Part shown: in pieces, positions 28,796 through 48,805 of the stretch | How the letters are laid out: every line of letters begins with the position of its first letter | Position numbering within the stretch: the stretch's first letter is position 1 | Origin: the human T2T-CHM13v2.0 reference genome, Homo sapiens | NCBI RefSeq assembly: GCF_009914755.1 | Contig: NC_060942.1 | DNA length: 64,000 nucleotides | Reading direction: 5' to 3' (one strand) | Notes under the pieces: model-generated | What the model was told of the DNA's origin: nothing | Database searches by the model: none | Seen by the model: only the letters and a program-made list of their open reading frames with translations | Translations under genes and position numbers: made by a program

Positions 28796-29354
28796 AAGTA
28801 GTAATTTACTAGGCTGTCATAAACAACTAATGAAGTTTCTCCAAAAGGTAAATTATATTTCAAAGAATATTCACTGGGATATTATAATTTAATATAAAAA
28901 TTATTGATGATGTGGTGTGTGACACTAGCTGATGATAAACTTCTTTGGATAAGCTCTTACGTCTTTTTTTTTTTTTTGTCTCCACTACCAAGAAGACAGC
29001 TTCTGAATCTTAACAGATTTGCAGTATTACTCTGGCCACTGCGGTGAGCAACTACACCTATATGAGATATATAATTCAATTTTAATGAATGGCAGTAAGC
29101 TATTCTTTTGTTTTAGGATTGCTAGTTAATAAATTTAATTATCATGCTGAATTATTTTTAACTGTTTCCTTCTGAGATGTTGTACACATCTGACAATAAT
29201 CTGAATAATATTCAGTAGCTGTAGCTAATATTTAGAAATCACTTGTGTAAAACCTATATATGTTTGTGTGGATATGGGGTGTGTGTGTATGTGTGTAACT
29301 GATAAATAAACCAATGTGAAAAGTAATGTGTTTATATTCTACCTCAAATGAGAT

Positions 29355-29660
29355 ATCATTATATATGTGATAACCATATATATATATATATATATATATA
29401 TATGGTTCTCTATATATATATGAGAATATATATAGAGAGATAGATCTACATCTTTCTATATTTATATCTATATAGATACAGAGAGATATACCTACATATG
29501 TATATATAGATATGTATCTATATATCTAATAGATATATATGTATATATAGAGAGATAGATGGATACATATATGTCTATATAGATATAGAAAGACATAGAT
29601 CTATTTATCTATAGATAGCTATAGATATATCTAGATATTTTATATTTATATAGAGAGACA
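29355..29660. repeat. (TA)n/(TAGA)n low-complexity quasi-palindromic tract
   Basis: Seen directly. Confidence 0.9.
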
Positions 29661-30464
29661 TAAAGCAAAATAACCTAACAAAATTATCTGTAAAATATCT
29701 ACATTTGAGTGCTATTTTATACTGATAAACTCTCTAAGGTAAACTAGCTATAAAATACAATTCTAGATCACAAATTTATTGTGTAACAGTGTAAATTATT
29801 AATGAGTTCAATACTGGACAAAGTTTACCAAAAATTTGAACTTGGAATAGTTCATTTAAAGTTTTTCTATCTCTGTTAGACATCCAGAACAGCAGCTTAT
29901 TTAAGGTACTCTAGTTTGTAATAATAAAATGGGGAAAAAACAATGCATCTGTATTAAAAAGGCAGGAACCTATATTTGTCTGTTGTGTTATTTTGCCTTA
30001 ATTTTCTTTCTACATTAAAGCATTTGGCTACAGAAATGAAATTAAGTTCTAAGCCTGATAGAGATTTTCTTAGCCCCTCTGCTTCAAAGACAATCTATAC
30101 TTGCACTAAGATCCGTGGCAAGAAAGGGAAAAATTCATAATAGTAAAAAGAAGTGAAAGAGACTCAAACACACAGTATTTTTATATTCTATGAGTGAATT
30201 GTGCCTAGAGAGTATTTTTTTCTAAGAAATGTATGTAATTCTCAGTTTTTCATTTAATGATATTCATTTATTTCAAAATATACTCCAACATTTTTAAATA
30301 TTTTGAATAGACATAGTTCCCCTTTTTTTGAAAATAAAGATTTTTCTGTGGAGTTTGCTGAGACTTCTTCCTCATCTTGATGACATGCTTCTTAACTTCT
30401 AACTGTCAAACACATACCAAACGCTATTAGGTGTGATGCCACATTAGGACTCATATAAGAATCA

Positions 30465-30762
<298 letters not shown>

Positions 30763-32009
30763 TCAGACAGGTCCTATGCTAACTGGGAGGTCAATAGATT
30801 GCTCTATGCCAATAACTCACATTTTCTTTCTATCTCACTCCTGACTTAAGTTAAATTTAGCTAGAGATGAGAGACAGAAACAAGTATGTTAAATGATCAT
30901 ATAAGGTATCAATGACTGCTGGCAGCTTAATTGATTCTCCACCTTCTCTTGCCTAATGATATTTGAATTTTATATAAAAATACAGGGGTCAATGGTTTAA
31001 CCCAAATAGATTGAGTTCTAATTGTAAAACTTGAGGCACTATGACACAGAAGGAAAATGTGCTTGAGACCAAAGACTTCCTGGCATGAATCAAAAAGGTA
31101 TGTAGATAAACCCCTATTTCAATACTGTTAAGATCTGCAAACTCTACAAACTCTGTCTTAGACTACAGAATTATATCATATATGTGAGTGAATTGTGGCC
31201 TATGCACAAAGAGGCTACATGAATTGTTCAGAATTCTTGAGTTTGACTTTAGTGCTACTTTTCCACACCATATGGCTGCAAATTTGGTTAATTAGTCCCA
31301 TTATAAGTTGACAAAAATTCTGGGAATTTTTACATGACAAACTAGCAGAAACTGGTGCAAGTTAGAATATTCTATTTAGCAATAGAGACAGTGAACCAAT
31401 AGATATTTATAAAAAGAACTAGGCAAAAAATAATGCTAACTAGGGTTTTAAGGTTAAGTGTCCTAGATATGATAGTATAAATATTTTCTTTATTAATGTT
31501 CGGAGTAAGGCTGTAGAGATTCTACATGAATATGTTACTATTCTACAGCATATCTCTGGAAAGGAATATTCCATTCATATTAAAAGCATTTTTTTTAAAA
31601 AAAGAGACAATTTTATTTTTTTCCAGAAAATTAATTTGAAATTAGTTTAACAGATTTAATCTTTGGGAAAAGCAAATGAAATAACTGAAACTCTCACGAG
31701 TTTCATTTGGCAGGAGAGCTCCTAAACACAAGAACTCTGGCCTTTCCTCATGCTTTCTTATAAACCCAAACCGTGGACTTCCAGGGATAGTGACATCTAC
31801 AGGATGCACCAAAAAAAAAAAAATGCCTGCATGAGAAGTTATTACTATTCCTGTCTACCAACACAGAGGCATTAGAGCGGGCCTAGGAAATTAGATCCAT
31901 AATTGTAACTAGGGTAAATGATAGAGCTATGCTAATTTTGCTGCCTGTCCTTCTACGTGAAACATGAGTAGTGATTGGACAAAGAAGGAGAGAAGTAACA
32001 CCAATCACA

Positions 32010-32210
32010 AGTTTACTATATGCCGAGCACTTTGCACATAGTAACTCATTCATTTTAGCACACAATGTATATCATTATCCACCATATAAAGAAAAAGAGT
32101 AAATAATTTGCCAAAAGTGGCACAGATACGAAATGAGTGTTAGATTTGAAATTTGAAACTGCGTTAGTCTGGCTTCCAGCCTATTTCCTTTTAGCTATAG
32201 CATATGTTCT
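32010..32210 (-). mobile_element. MIR remnant
   Basis: 'tatgccgagcactttgcacatagtaactcattcatt...taaataatttgccaaaagtggcacag'. Confidence 0.55.
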
Positions 32211-35200
32211 CCACTCCTGACTTGAATGTAATTATTGGCAGTTATATATATGAGTAATACATATAAGTTTACAATATCACACTATGAGTTGTATGTGTGT
32301 ATGTGTTTATACATAGATATATGCAGACTGTTTTCTCTATTGATAACACTGACTTTCCCTCTTAGTTCCTGGATTTCTACCAGTTAGTCTTATTTTACAT
32401 GTAGCAAGAAAGAGCTTTGAAACTTAACCCTTTGATTAGTCCCTAATTTAAGAAATGTGTCTGAACTCGCTTACCCTGTGATATAATACAATTGATAAAA
32501 GAAAACCAGAAAACAGTGATGTATTCACAGAAAGTGAAGTTTTGGCAGAATTTGAGAAAAGTTAAACACTGGAAGACAAAACAGGGTCCCAAGTTATTTT
32601 TATAATGCCACATCATTAATTTTGAAGTGACTTTCCAAATTGCTAACCACATCTGCATTCAGATTATATTTTTTAGTAAAAGGATATATTTTAAGTTCAA
32701 ACATGAGTGATATTGAGATGTCTACACCTCTTCTCCGTTTTGTTCATGTAGATAACCAAGAGTAGACTACAGACAAATATACTGAAACACATTCAATGTA
32801 CCAGTAACAGTTAATATATACACAGATACAAATGCAATAAAGAGACCTAAGAGTCACTATAATTCAATAATGATTGAAAAAAAAATTATGATTGCCTTTA
32901 CATATTCCTAAAATGTGTCATTTTGTGTGGGATTTTCAAGAGCTCATAAGAAATAATATATATACCCTCCAATTTTATCTAAAGTCAAATCAGATTACAA
33001 TAAAGTTTAAGCTTTATAAATGCCTAGATATTTCAAGGAATGATATACTGCAGATAGAAAAAACAAATGCATTCAAAAGTTAATCCAACATTAAAGGACC
33101 ACCATTTCCTGCAGAGTGAAAACATAGAAAGATTTGCAAAAAGGCAAAGTAAATAAAATGACCACTAGATCTATTGATAATATTGTTAAGACAGTATGAT
33201 ACACTTTAATGATTAGTTATATAAGTATGGTTTCTTGGCCATGTAGGAAAAAGGAGAAAAAGAAGGTCAATAAACATAATCATCATGCATGCTCTATAAG
33301 CTAATGTTTAAGAATTAGAAGAAATCTTAAACTTAATGGGAACCATTATAATTGCAATAGTTATCTAGCTAATCCTACCTATGACTAGCCAAATTCAGCA
33401 TTAGTATTAAGAATTAAAGTCTGGCCCAACAGTCTATGGCCTTAATAGCACTAAACCGTTCTATTTCAAATCACATTTTAGTTTTATGCCTCATTAATTG
33501 AACACTTACATCAAATTTTAACATTAGACTTAAATTCATTGTAGAGTCACATGCACAGTTTCACTGGCATTGCAAGCAGTTCTATATTTTGTTTCTTTCC
33601 TATAATGAATTATTACTGCATAAAAAGGAAATGTTTCCCAATTAGAATTCAACTGAGAGAGATCAGAGGGAAAAAGTTTAGGCCAAAAAGAACCTTCATG
33701 GTATCAGGAAAAGGTGACAACACTTTAGATGTGCAAAGAAAAAACTTGGGAAAAGAGAGAATATTCAAATAGGACATTCTCAAGAGGGATTAGATAAGGT
33801 TTCAGATTCTGGACATACTTTCAAAGGTTATATCTCTACCCCAAAATGCAGAAAATGTCTTCCTAATGTTAATTCAAAATTGTGTACACTGGAAACATGT
33901 TTATCAATTTATTACAAGTGTTTAGCATGCATAATGGCAATGGATCAGATTCTCTACATTTCATTTAAGAAAACACAGGGCAAGAGATTTGGATTTAAAT
34001 CATTGACTCATTTTGCATTTTGATTAAAGGTCTATAATAAATGCATTTCAAAGATTAAATTATTTTAAATTGCTTTTGGCACCTAAACAGATTTGGCTGC
34101 CACACTACTATTGACAACGAAACCACTTGATTTTTGCTTGTTATTTTGGTTTTTGTTTTTATTCATTTAATACAATTGAAATTATGCATCCCTAGCAAAG
34201 TCCTTTTACAAAGTCCTGTCGAGTTCAGGTAGCTATTTCATGAAAATGTATTATTATAAGATTACACAGTTAGTGATATTAGTAGATCAATATACATTTA
34301 TTTTTTCCTATTACTGTCCAGAGGAATAGCCCTGGCTTAGGAGACAGGCAAAATGAGTATGTTCAGTAATGTTAGTCTATATAAAAATATCCCAAGAAGC
34401 TAGGCCATTATCATTAGTCATGAAAAGAATGTCTCCTGGAATGTGTAAGTCAAAAGAAAGTTTATGTGGCAGATTTATGTAAGGAAACTTACAATAGTGC
34501 CTGCCCACAAACCATGCAATTTGGAAACAGCCAAGAAACAAAACCATAGAGGAGGAGGGATAAATACAACATGTATTAGGGGTTATTATGCAACTACAAA
34601 GATTCAATATGACCCTGGAAATATAGCAAAAAATAGTTATGAAAAAGAAGCTATTTCTTATGCTCAGTAGCTAATTTTCAAACATAGGTACCTGTATTTG
34701 AAACTTTGAGCATTTCACACATTTTTCTGTATCTGAAAAAAAAATGGATCCAGACTGATATTGTATATCAATATAGCTGAAAACAGTTAATATAAAGGTA
34801 GCCAAAAGCAAAATTCAATAAGAATTCTCAAAAAGGATATTATTCTCATTGCTGACAAAGTAATTCGGATGCACATTTTGCTCATATAGGAGAAGAATAA
34901 TTTACTGTTCAATTTTCCTAGACAGGATGAAATATCTATAGTAATATGATTTTATAAAGGTTTTAATTAAATAAAAAGCTAGATTAAAGTGTCTAGATCA
35001 AACTGTAGGTATAATTAGAAACTTTAGATTAATATATTACTCCATTTTGACACTATATATTTCGATATCTAGCAGTTAATTAAATCTGCTTTTTACAAAA
35101 TTTATGACAAAAACATCATATACTTCCATTTTTAAACTTTCAAGGGCATTAGATCTATTACAATAACACATATCTTTTAATATTCTATCCTGGAAAATTA

Positions 35201-35713
35201 AGAAATACATACCCTTCAGGATAAATACATTGAATATAAGGAGACATAAGAAAAGTACATAAAATATTCCTCATGACTTTATTATTACTATGAACTAGAA
35301 AATACCTAAACATATTAATATGATTTGATGGAAAATAATTGTTGACAGTAGTGGTAGTATAAAAGTTCTTATGTTCCAGTCCATAATTCATATGCTATGA
35401 CTCATTGAATATATAATATTCATAATATAATATATAATATATGTCCCCATTTGTGGACATTTGATTGGGACTACCACATATTATACATTTTTAAAGGCAA
35501 CAATATGAAAATTCTAGAGACAGTTTTAAATTATATGAATAGACTAGTGAACATACAACCAAAATAATTATAGTTTAAATGTTGGGCATGACCATCATAT
35601 GGCCTAATTTATGTTGAAGATAGAATATTTATAATTATCGAACCCATTTAAACAAGGATACATAATATCAAGTCTCGAAATGCATGCTCTTTTTTTTTTC
35701 TTTTTTAACTTAC

Positions 35714-35863
35714 TGCTTTGTAAGTTCTCTTTTGTCCAGCGTGTTTCCGAATTTGTTCTCCATTTGGCCCCGTTTCCACATGCATCGAATAAATAATGTC
35801 AAAGAAATCTTCAACCACAGCTACCCGTCGTAAAGATAGCTTCTCATCTACCCCTACGCCATC
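35714..35863 (-). CDS. NOL4: NOL4 coding exon (likely exon 2), 150 nt, phase 0-0: DGVGVDEKLSLRRVAVVEDFFDIIYSMHVETGPNGEQIRKHAGQKRTYKA
   Basis: Peptide matches the recalled NOL4 N-terminal region. Acceptor TTTTGTTTCCAG|GAT and donor GCA|GTAAGT read on the minus strand. Exactly 50 codons. Confidence 0.96.
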
Positions 35864-36374
35864 CTGGAAACAAAACAACAACAACAAAAACCCATAAGAT
35901 TAATAAACTAATTTGCATTTAATACACAAATTGTTTAAAACAAAATGTTTTTATAACCTCAACAAAATCATCTATATAGGAAACGTCAAAAATTCATGAA
36001 TGAATATTTCAATATTTTATGCATTACTTACATACAGAACTTGGAAAAACATGAGAGAAGACATTTGGCATAGTTAATATTGAATAAATCATGCTTACCC
36101 ATCAATTCCATCTTTTAAGTTTTTATAATGACTTATTTGTTGCCATCAGTACGATTTTCTTAAATTATTTTAAAATATATTTTGAGGCCCAGTAATTTTT
36201 TATTGTAATAATTAAATTCTAGATATTTATTAATTCATCCAAACAATATTGAGTTGCTGGGCCCTGGAAACTGTAATTCGAGAAATGAAAAAAATGATAC
36301 AGAGTTATCCTAGGTTATTGCATAACCTAGGAAAGAAAACACATTTATTATTCTATCAGTATTGGTCTAAAGAA

Positions 36375-36615
36375 CAATATGTGGTAAAGGTTAAAAACAT
36401 GAGCTCTAGAAATTATCTATGTGAAATTTAGATCTTCTACTTGGAAGCAGCATATTTTGTGCAAATCACTTAAACTTCTCTAAATTTCAGTTTTTCTCTC
36501 CTATAAAATAAAGAGCCCACTACACAAAACTGTTGTAAGAATTAAATGAAATGACATATTTAAAGGATGTAATCCAATGTTTACCACATAATGAACCCTC
36601 AGTAAATGGTGGCTC
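36375..36615 (+). mobile_element. MIR SINE
   Basis: 'gcaaatcacttaaacttctctaaatttcagttt...tgttgtaagaattaaatga...ctcagtaaatggtggct'. Confidence 0.75.
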
Positions 36616-36880
36616 TTGTCATTTTCAGGACCATGATAAAAATATGCAAAGTACTATAAGAATTAAGAGAAAATATCACCTTCTGTTGAAGTAGATTCCA
36701 GGAAGAAATATAATTTAACACAGGTTGGAGTTGGAGCCAGGCAAAAGCCATTTTGCTGGGAAGTACAGCAAAGAACAAAGAGTTTTCATGGATAATAGAG
36801 AGGAGTAAGAAATAAGTTTGGAATGAGATAATAAAGTTAATCTTACATGACTGCAACATGAAAGGGCTTCCTGCTTGCAA

Positions 36881-36915
36881 ACACACACATACACATACAC
36901 ACACACACATACACC

Positions 36916-36948
<33 letters not shown>
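36881..36948. repeat. (CA)n microsatellite, interrupted
   Basis: Seen directly. Confidence 0.95.
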
Positions 36949-36950
<2 letters not shown>

Positions 36951-37759
36951 CTTATTTGGACCCTGTGATATAATTTGAAGTAACATAACATAGCCATTAA
37001 CCCCAGCATACAGCACAAGAGAGTGATTAATCTGAGCAAAATCATTATGCAGTGAGATGGCAAGAGTTTATTTGAACAGTAACCCCAGCAGACTGAGCTC
37101 ACTGCAAAAACAAAAGTAAGTCACCTGGTGCTTTCTGTTAGTTTTTTGTTATTTATTCATTTATTTTTCTGACATGGTAAGCCTTGTGAGTAGTGGTGGC
37201 TGAAGCAACATATTCAGACAACTATATATAGGAAATCACATGTTAGGTCAAAGAGCTAAAAACACAATTTCATATGCCTCCTCCTGACCTATCCCCTATA
37301 CCTGAGAGAATAACCACCTTTCCTAGGCTGAAAACTCAAATTCTAACTGTACCCACTAGTAAAACCACCCATAAAACTTTGTCTTCTTTGTTCCCAGCCA
37401 TGAAATTTGTACAGTCTCCAGCAAAGGAACTGAGAGGGTTCCTTTGCTGGAAAAACAAAAAATATGATAATCTTTTACACTTAGTCTGTATTTATTGTTT
37501 ATGGGAATAAATATATATTTGTCCTTTAATTCATTCACATGTTCACTCATTTATCTAGCTAAATACTCAACTGTGAGTGATGTGGGGATCACAGCCTATT
37601 TACTCATTTTATCAATAAGTATTCAACAAGGCCCAGATACTACTAAACCCTCTGCTAGTAGCTGGAGTTAGCAAGATGTGTAAGACAGATAATTGAGGCA
37701 TTTGTGAAGCTTACAGTTTAATGCAGAAAATAGGTATTAAAGAAATGGTTGCTAGGGTA

Positions 37760-38192
37760 GTATATTAATTTCTTATGGATTCTCTAACAACTTACTACAA
37801 AATGAGTGGTTTTCAAAAAGAGTACTTTATTTTCTCATAATCCTGGAGGCCAGAAGTCCAAAATCAAAATGTCCACAGAGCTATACTCTTTCTGGAAGCT
37901 CTAGGAGAGAACCCATTCTTTGCCTCTTCCAGCTTCTGGTGCTTTACAGCATTTCACAGCTTGAGGCTGCATTATATTACCATTGTCTCTTCTGTGCATC
38001 TCTCCTCTGCGTTTTTCTCTCTGGTGAGGACCCTTATGATGAGATTTAGAGCCTAATCAGATAATCCAAAGTAATCTTCTCAAGATGCTTAATAATATCT
38101 ACAAAGGTCCTTATACCAAACAAGATAATGTTTACAAGTTTCAAGAATTAGGACTTGGTATCTTAGGGTGGCCATTATTCAACCAACTACCA
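37760..38192 (-). mobile_element. MLT1-family (MaLR) solo LTR
   Basis: 'ctggaggccagaagtccaaaatcaa', 'ttgcctcttccagcttctggtg', 'ggccattattcaacc'. Confidence 0.85.
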
Positions 38193-38825
38193 ATGGGTAT
38201 GAGTTAGAGCACAGGAGATACAAATTGTGCCATAGGAGCATACATTTGAAAAGTTTCACAAGCATTTCTTAACAGTCAACATTGTCTCAAGAAATTGGAA
38301 GTTCAGTGTTTGTCAGGATAATATTAAAATCACATATTTGTGGAGGAAAATTGTCTATTATCTTCTTGTTATGTGGACCTGTTTACTCTCAACTATGATT
38401 TAAGCACAATACACCTGTACTCTATAAGTAAAAATCAAAAATGCCTTCAGAGGTTAGGTCTACCATATAAATCAGCCAAATATCATGAGTTAGACAGTAA
38501 GGTATAATTAAGTCATTCAGAAACTGGAAGAAATATATTTAATGAGCTTAGAGCTCAACAAACCCAAAGTTTCAAAAACGCAAAAAAAAAAAAAAAGTAA
38601 ATAGACACAGTACAGTAGAAATTAAAACCAAAGGCAAAGACAAAAGTCTTGAAAGCACCAGGAGATAAAAGACACATCACATATAAGTTAACCCCAATTA
38701 CAATTAACTTCGCAAAAGAAACAAAGGAGGTCAGAATGCAATGGGATGAAATATTCAAATTGCTAAATGTAAAAAACTGTCAACAAGGAATCTTATAGCC
38801 AGAGAAACCTATCTTTCAAAAATTA

Positions 38826-39146
<321 letters not shown>

Positions 39147-39586
39147 CTATCCCAGATGAACAAAACTGAGAGAATTCAATGCTAGTAGACATAACATATG
39201 ATAATAATGCTAAAGGAAGTTATTTGGGCTGAAGGTAAATGACATCAGACAGTAATTCAAATTCACATGAAAATATCCAGAACACCAGTAAAGGTAAAAA
39301 TAATATAATATAATACAAATTAATATAATGTAATGTAATATATTAATGTTAAAGACAGTATAATTGCATATTTGTTCTTGAATGACTTCAAAGGCAACTG
39401 GATAAAACAATAGGTAATTGATTTATTGGAATAATAACATAGAGAAATGTAACACACTTGACAATAACAGAGAAAAGGGGCAGAAACAAAGGTGTATTGG
39501 AGTTTGGAGTAAGGAAATGATACCTTATGGTGATGCAGATCCACACATAGAAAGAAAGAGAACCAAAAAGGTCAAATAAGAAAGTT

Positions 39587-39939
<353 letters not shown>

Positions 39940-40291
39940 TTATAACAATATATTGTTGTATTTTAACATATATAGATGTTTTACATGTGTGTGTCAGTTT
40001 TATGACTTATCAGCCATAGAACAAAATATATATCAGTCACAGAACAAAAAAGTGGGAAAAATATAGCTATATAAAATTAAAATTTCTTTACTTGGTTGTA
40101 ACCAACATACTATATATCTGAAGTAGATTCTGATAATTTTGAATGTATATTGTATGCTCAAGAGCAACCACTAAAATATAATTTAAAAATATAATTAAAA
40201 AAGAGACTCATTTCATAGTAATAAAAAGTTCAACTCACCAGACAGACAAAACAACGATCAACATATATGGACCCAATAAGAGACTCCAAGT

Positions 40292-40292
<1 letters not shown>

Positions 40293-40330
<38 letters not shown>
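40293..40330. repeat. (CA)n microsatellite
   Basis: Seen directly. Confidence 0.95.
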
Positions 40331-40335
<5 letters not shown>

Positions 40336-41252
40336 TGAAGCAAAAACAGAATTAAAGGGAGAAATAGACAATTCAACAATAATAGCTGGAAACGTAAAAG
40401 CTCACCTTCCAAAGTAGAACAATTAGGCAGAAGATATATAAAGAAATACAAGACTTGAACAATACTTAAAATTTAAAAAAAAACTAATAGACATACATAG
40501 AACACTCTACAAAACAGTAACACATTTTTCATGAGAGACCTCATGCTATCATAAAACAAGCCTCAATAAATTTAAGGGATTGAAAATATATTTTACATGT
40601 TTTATGACCAAAATGGAATTAAATTAGAAATTAATGACACAAGGATATTTGGGAAAACTACAAATATAAAGAAATTAACATACTTCTGAAAACTAATTGG
40701 TCAGACGAATCCAAAGGAAAACTAGAAATACTTTGAGATGAATGAAAACAAAGACACAACATGCCCAAACCAGTGCTAAATGCCTGTATTAAAAAATAAG
40801 AAAAATTTCAAATCAGACTTATCTTTTCACCTTAGTAACCAGAAAAAGAGTAAACTAAAATCGAGCAGAAGGGAGAGAATATGTAAAAACTTGATGTGAA
40901 ACAAATGAAATGGAGAGTAGAAAACAATGGACAAAATCAGCAAAACTAAAAGGCAATATGTGAAAACAACTTTTTAAATGACAAAGTTTAAGCTCTACTT
41001 ATATAAAAATGTAAAAAGAGGAGGGAAGACTCAAATTACTAAAATTAGGAATAAAAGAAGGATCATTATTGACCTTACAAAAATAAAAGAATCACAAAAA
41101 CCCATAAACAAGTGTATGTCAACAAATTAGAATTAATAATATAAAATTAACAATTCCTAGAAAGACTTAAATTATTGATAATGGCTGACAAAAAATTTAT
41201 AGGCCTATCACAAGTATAAAGACAAAATTAGTAATTAAAAAAGCTATTCACA

Positions 41253-41554
41253 GCGGGGTGCGGTGGCTCGTGCCTGTAATCCCTGCTCTTTGGAGGCTGA
41301 GACGGGTGGATCACGAGGTCAGAAGATCGAGATCATCCTCGCTAATACAGTGAAACCCTGTCTCTACTAAAAATACAAAAAATTAGCCAGGTGTGGCGGT
41401 GGGCGCCTGTAGTGCCCGCTACTTGGGAGGCTGAGGCAGGAGAATGGCATGAACCTGGGAGGCCAGAGCTTGCAGTGAGCCAAGATCACACCACTGCACT
41501 CCAGCCTGGGCGACAGAGTGAGACTCCATCTCAAAAAAAAAAAAAAAAAAAAAA
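41253..41554 (+). mobile_element. AluY element with TSD
   Basis: 'gatcacgaggtcagaagatcgaga', 'gaatggcatgaacc', 'gagcttgcagtg'; TSD aaaaagct(a/t)ttcaca. Confidence 0.93.
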
Positions 41555-43620
41555 GCTTTTCACACACAGAAGCAGCCCAGGCCCAGACAGCCTCACTGAA
41601 CCAAACATTCAAAGAATCAATGGAATTCATCACAAACTCTTTTAAAGCAACAGGTGACAAAACACTTCCCAAATTATCCAATGAGGCCAGCATTATCTTG
41701 ATACAAAAATCAAATATATCACAGGATAAAAAAGATATACAAAACAATATATTTTATGAATATAGATACAAAAATCCTCAATAAAATACTAGCAAACCAA
41801 ATCCAACCACATTTACAAGTTATTATATACCACAATCAAGTAGGATTATCCCAGGAATGCAAGGTTAGTTTAATACAATGAAATGAATTAATTTAATATA
41901 TCATATTAATACAATAAAGGACACAAGCATATTATTATTTCCATAGATCCAGGAAAAAACTCATTTGACAAAAGCCAACATACTTCCCTGACAAAAATTC
42001 TAAGTAAATTAGGAATAGAAAGGAATTTCCTCAACTTCATGAGGGACATCTACAAAAACCTCCCACAACTAACATCTTATTTAATTGTGAGAGACTGAAT
42101 GCTTTCCTCCTAAAAATAAAAGCCAAACAAGAATGTGTGCTCTAGCCACATCTATTTAACATCATACTGGTGAATCTAGCCAGGAAAATTAATCAGGGAA
42201 AAGACAGAAAATACACCAAATTGGAAAGGAAGAAGTAAAAATATCTTTGTAGATGCTTTGTGTGTCACGAATGACATGATCTCATATATAGAAAATTCTA
42301 AGGAATCCATTAAAAAACTGTTAGAACTAATAAATGAGTTCCAGTCAATATTAAAAATCAATTGTAGTTTTTATTAGCAATGAACAATCTGAAAATGAAG
42401 GGGGAAAAATAATTTCTTTTATAAGGGTTTCAAAACACTAAAATACTTAGGAATAATTTAGATATAATGTTAAAAAAGGTGTAAGACTTATACACTGAAC
42501 ATTATAAAACATTGCTGAAAATATTTAATATGAGCTAAATAAACTGAAATACACCTTACGTTTATAGACTAGAAGACAATATAAACCTTATTTTGCAGGA
42601 TCATTGAAATCACTACCAAAATTCCAAATAGCTTTTCATGAAAATTGACAAGTTGGCCTTAAAATTTATATGTAAATTCAAGGAAACGAGATTAGCCAAA
42701 ATAGCCTTTAAAAAAAAGAAATTCGGAGTTCATACACTTCTTAATTTCAAAGCTTACTACACTAAAGTCTTTATTAGATAGTGTGGTATTGGCATGTGAA
42801 TTGACATATAGATCAGTGGAATAAAATTGAGACTTCAGAAATAAAGCCTTCCATTTATTCAGTTCATCTTCAAAAGACATGTCAAAACAATGCAGTAGGA
42901 AAAGAATTTAACAAATAATGCCAGGACAACTATATACCCAAATGAAAAGGAATAGTCAGGTCCCTACCTCAACCCATACATAAAAATTAAATTAAATGAT
43001 CAATGTAAATGTAAGAGCTAAAACTCAAAATTTGTACAAGGTTACACAGAAGTAAATGTTTGTAACCTTGGGTAACGCAAAGTCCTCATAACTGTCAAAA
43101 TTAAAAGCAACAAAAGGAAAAATTATAAATTGAACTACAAAAATATTTAAAATGTTTATGATGCAAATAATACCACCAGAAAGTGAAATGACATCTCATA
43201 CAAATGGGAGAAAATATTTGGAAATCATATACCTAATAAAGGACTTACATCCATAATATATGAAAACACAACTCAGTAATAGAAAGTCAAATAACCCAAT
43301 TTAAAAACTGTTAAAGAATTTGAACAGACATTTCTCCAAAAAGATGTTTAAATGACAAACAAGCACAAGAAAAAATGCTTAATATAATTCGTGATTAGAT
43401 AAATGCAAATCAAAATAACAATGAAACACTACTTCACATGCACTAGGATTGCTATATTAAATAACAAGTATTGGCAAGGATCTGGAAAAACTGGAATCCT
43501 CATACATTGCTGGTGGGAATGCAAAATAATGCAGTTGCTTTGAAAACAGACTGGCAGTAACAAAAAGTTAAACATAGACTTACCAGACGACTTGGTAAGC
43601 CAAAATCATGTATATACGAA

Positions 43621-43622
<2 letters not shown>

Positions 43623-43658
<36 letters not shown>

Positions 43659-43673
43659 GCACACATACACACA
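43623..43673. repeat. (CA)n microsatellite
   Basis: Seen directly. Confidence 0.95.
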
Positions 43674-43974
43674 TTCAAAAGGAATAAGTTCACCCAAAAT
43701 ATATTATACATGAATATTAATAGTAGCATATGTGTAATATCCAAAAAGTGGGAACTCAAATGTCCATGAACTGAAAAATGTATAAGCAAAATGTGGCATA
43801 ACCATACAAAGGAATATCTTTCTACCATAAAGAGAAATAAGTACTGATTCATCCATGGATAAACCTTGAAGACATTAAGTTTCATGAAAGAGGCCAGACA
43901 TAAAAGACCACATATTGTATGATTCAATTCATATGAAATGTAGAAAATAGGCAAATGTATATAGATAGAAATAG

Positions 43975-44268
43975 GGCCAGATGTGGTGGCTCATGCCTGT
44001 AATCCCAGTGCTTTGGGAGGCTGCAGAAGGTGGATCTCTTGAGCCCAAGAGTTTTAGACATAGTGAGACCCTCATCACTATAAAAAATATAAATAAATTG
44101 GCTGGGCATGGTGACACATGCCTGTAGTCCCAGATGCTCAGGAGGCTGAGGTTGTAGGATCACTTGAGCCCATAAGGTTGAAGCTGCAGTGAGTCGTGAT
44201 TGTGTCCCTGCATTTCAGCCTTAGCAACAGGGTGAGAAACTACCTCAAAAAAATAAAAATAAAAATAA
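43975..44268 (+). mobile_element. AluJ element
   Basis: 'ggatctcttgagcccaagag', 'gatcacttgagccc'; short internal deletion. Confidence 0.9.
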
Positions 44269-44410
44269 TGACAGTAGTTTATTGCTTATTTAGAACTGGG
44301 GAGGAGAAAAAAATAAGGACTGGCTGTTAATAGCCACAAAGTATCTTTTAGGAGGGACAAAATGTTCCAAAATTAGAGGATGGTGGTTCTACAACGTTCT
44401 GAACACACTA

Positions 44411-48690
<4,280 letters not shown>

Positions 48691-48699
48691 TATGCAATA

Positions 48700-48805
48700 C
48701 AGTCGGCCCTTGGTATCTATGAATTCCACATCCACAGATTCAACTAACTGATAATCAAAAATATTCAGGAAAAATAACAGTACAATAAAAATATTACAAA
48801 CCTTT
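48700..48805 (-). mobile_element. MER2 (Tigger-family) terminal fragment, probably 3'-transduced
   Basis: TA + 'cagtcggcccttggtatctatgaattccacatccacagattcaactaactgataatcaaaaatattc' matches one MER2 end; the other end is absent. Confidence 0.75.

Noticed and set aside
35705-35887. ORF-track boundaries for the NOL4 exon
   Set aside because: The flanking residues (MLLLFCFQ, VS) are intronic; the splice sites define 35714-35863.
36599-37102. 167-aa minus-strand ORF
   Set aside because: Held open by a (TG)n repeat (VCVC); no recognisable protein.
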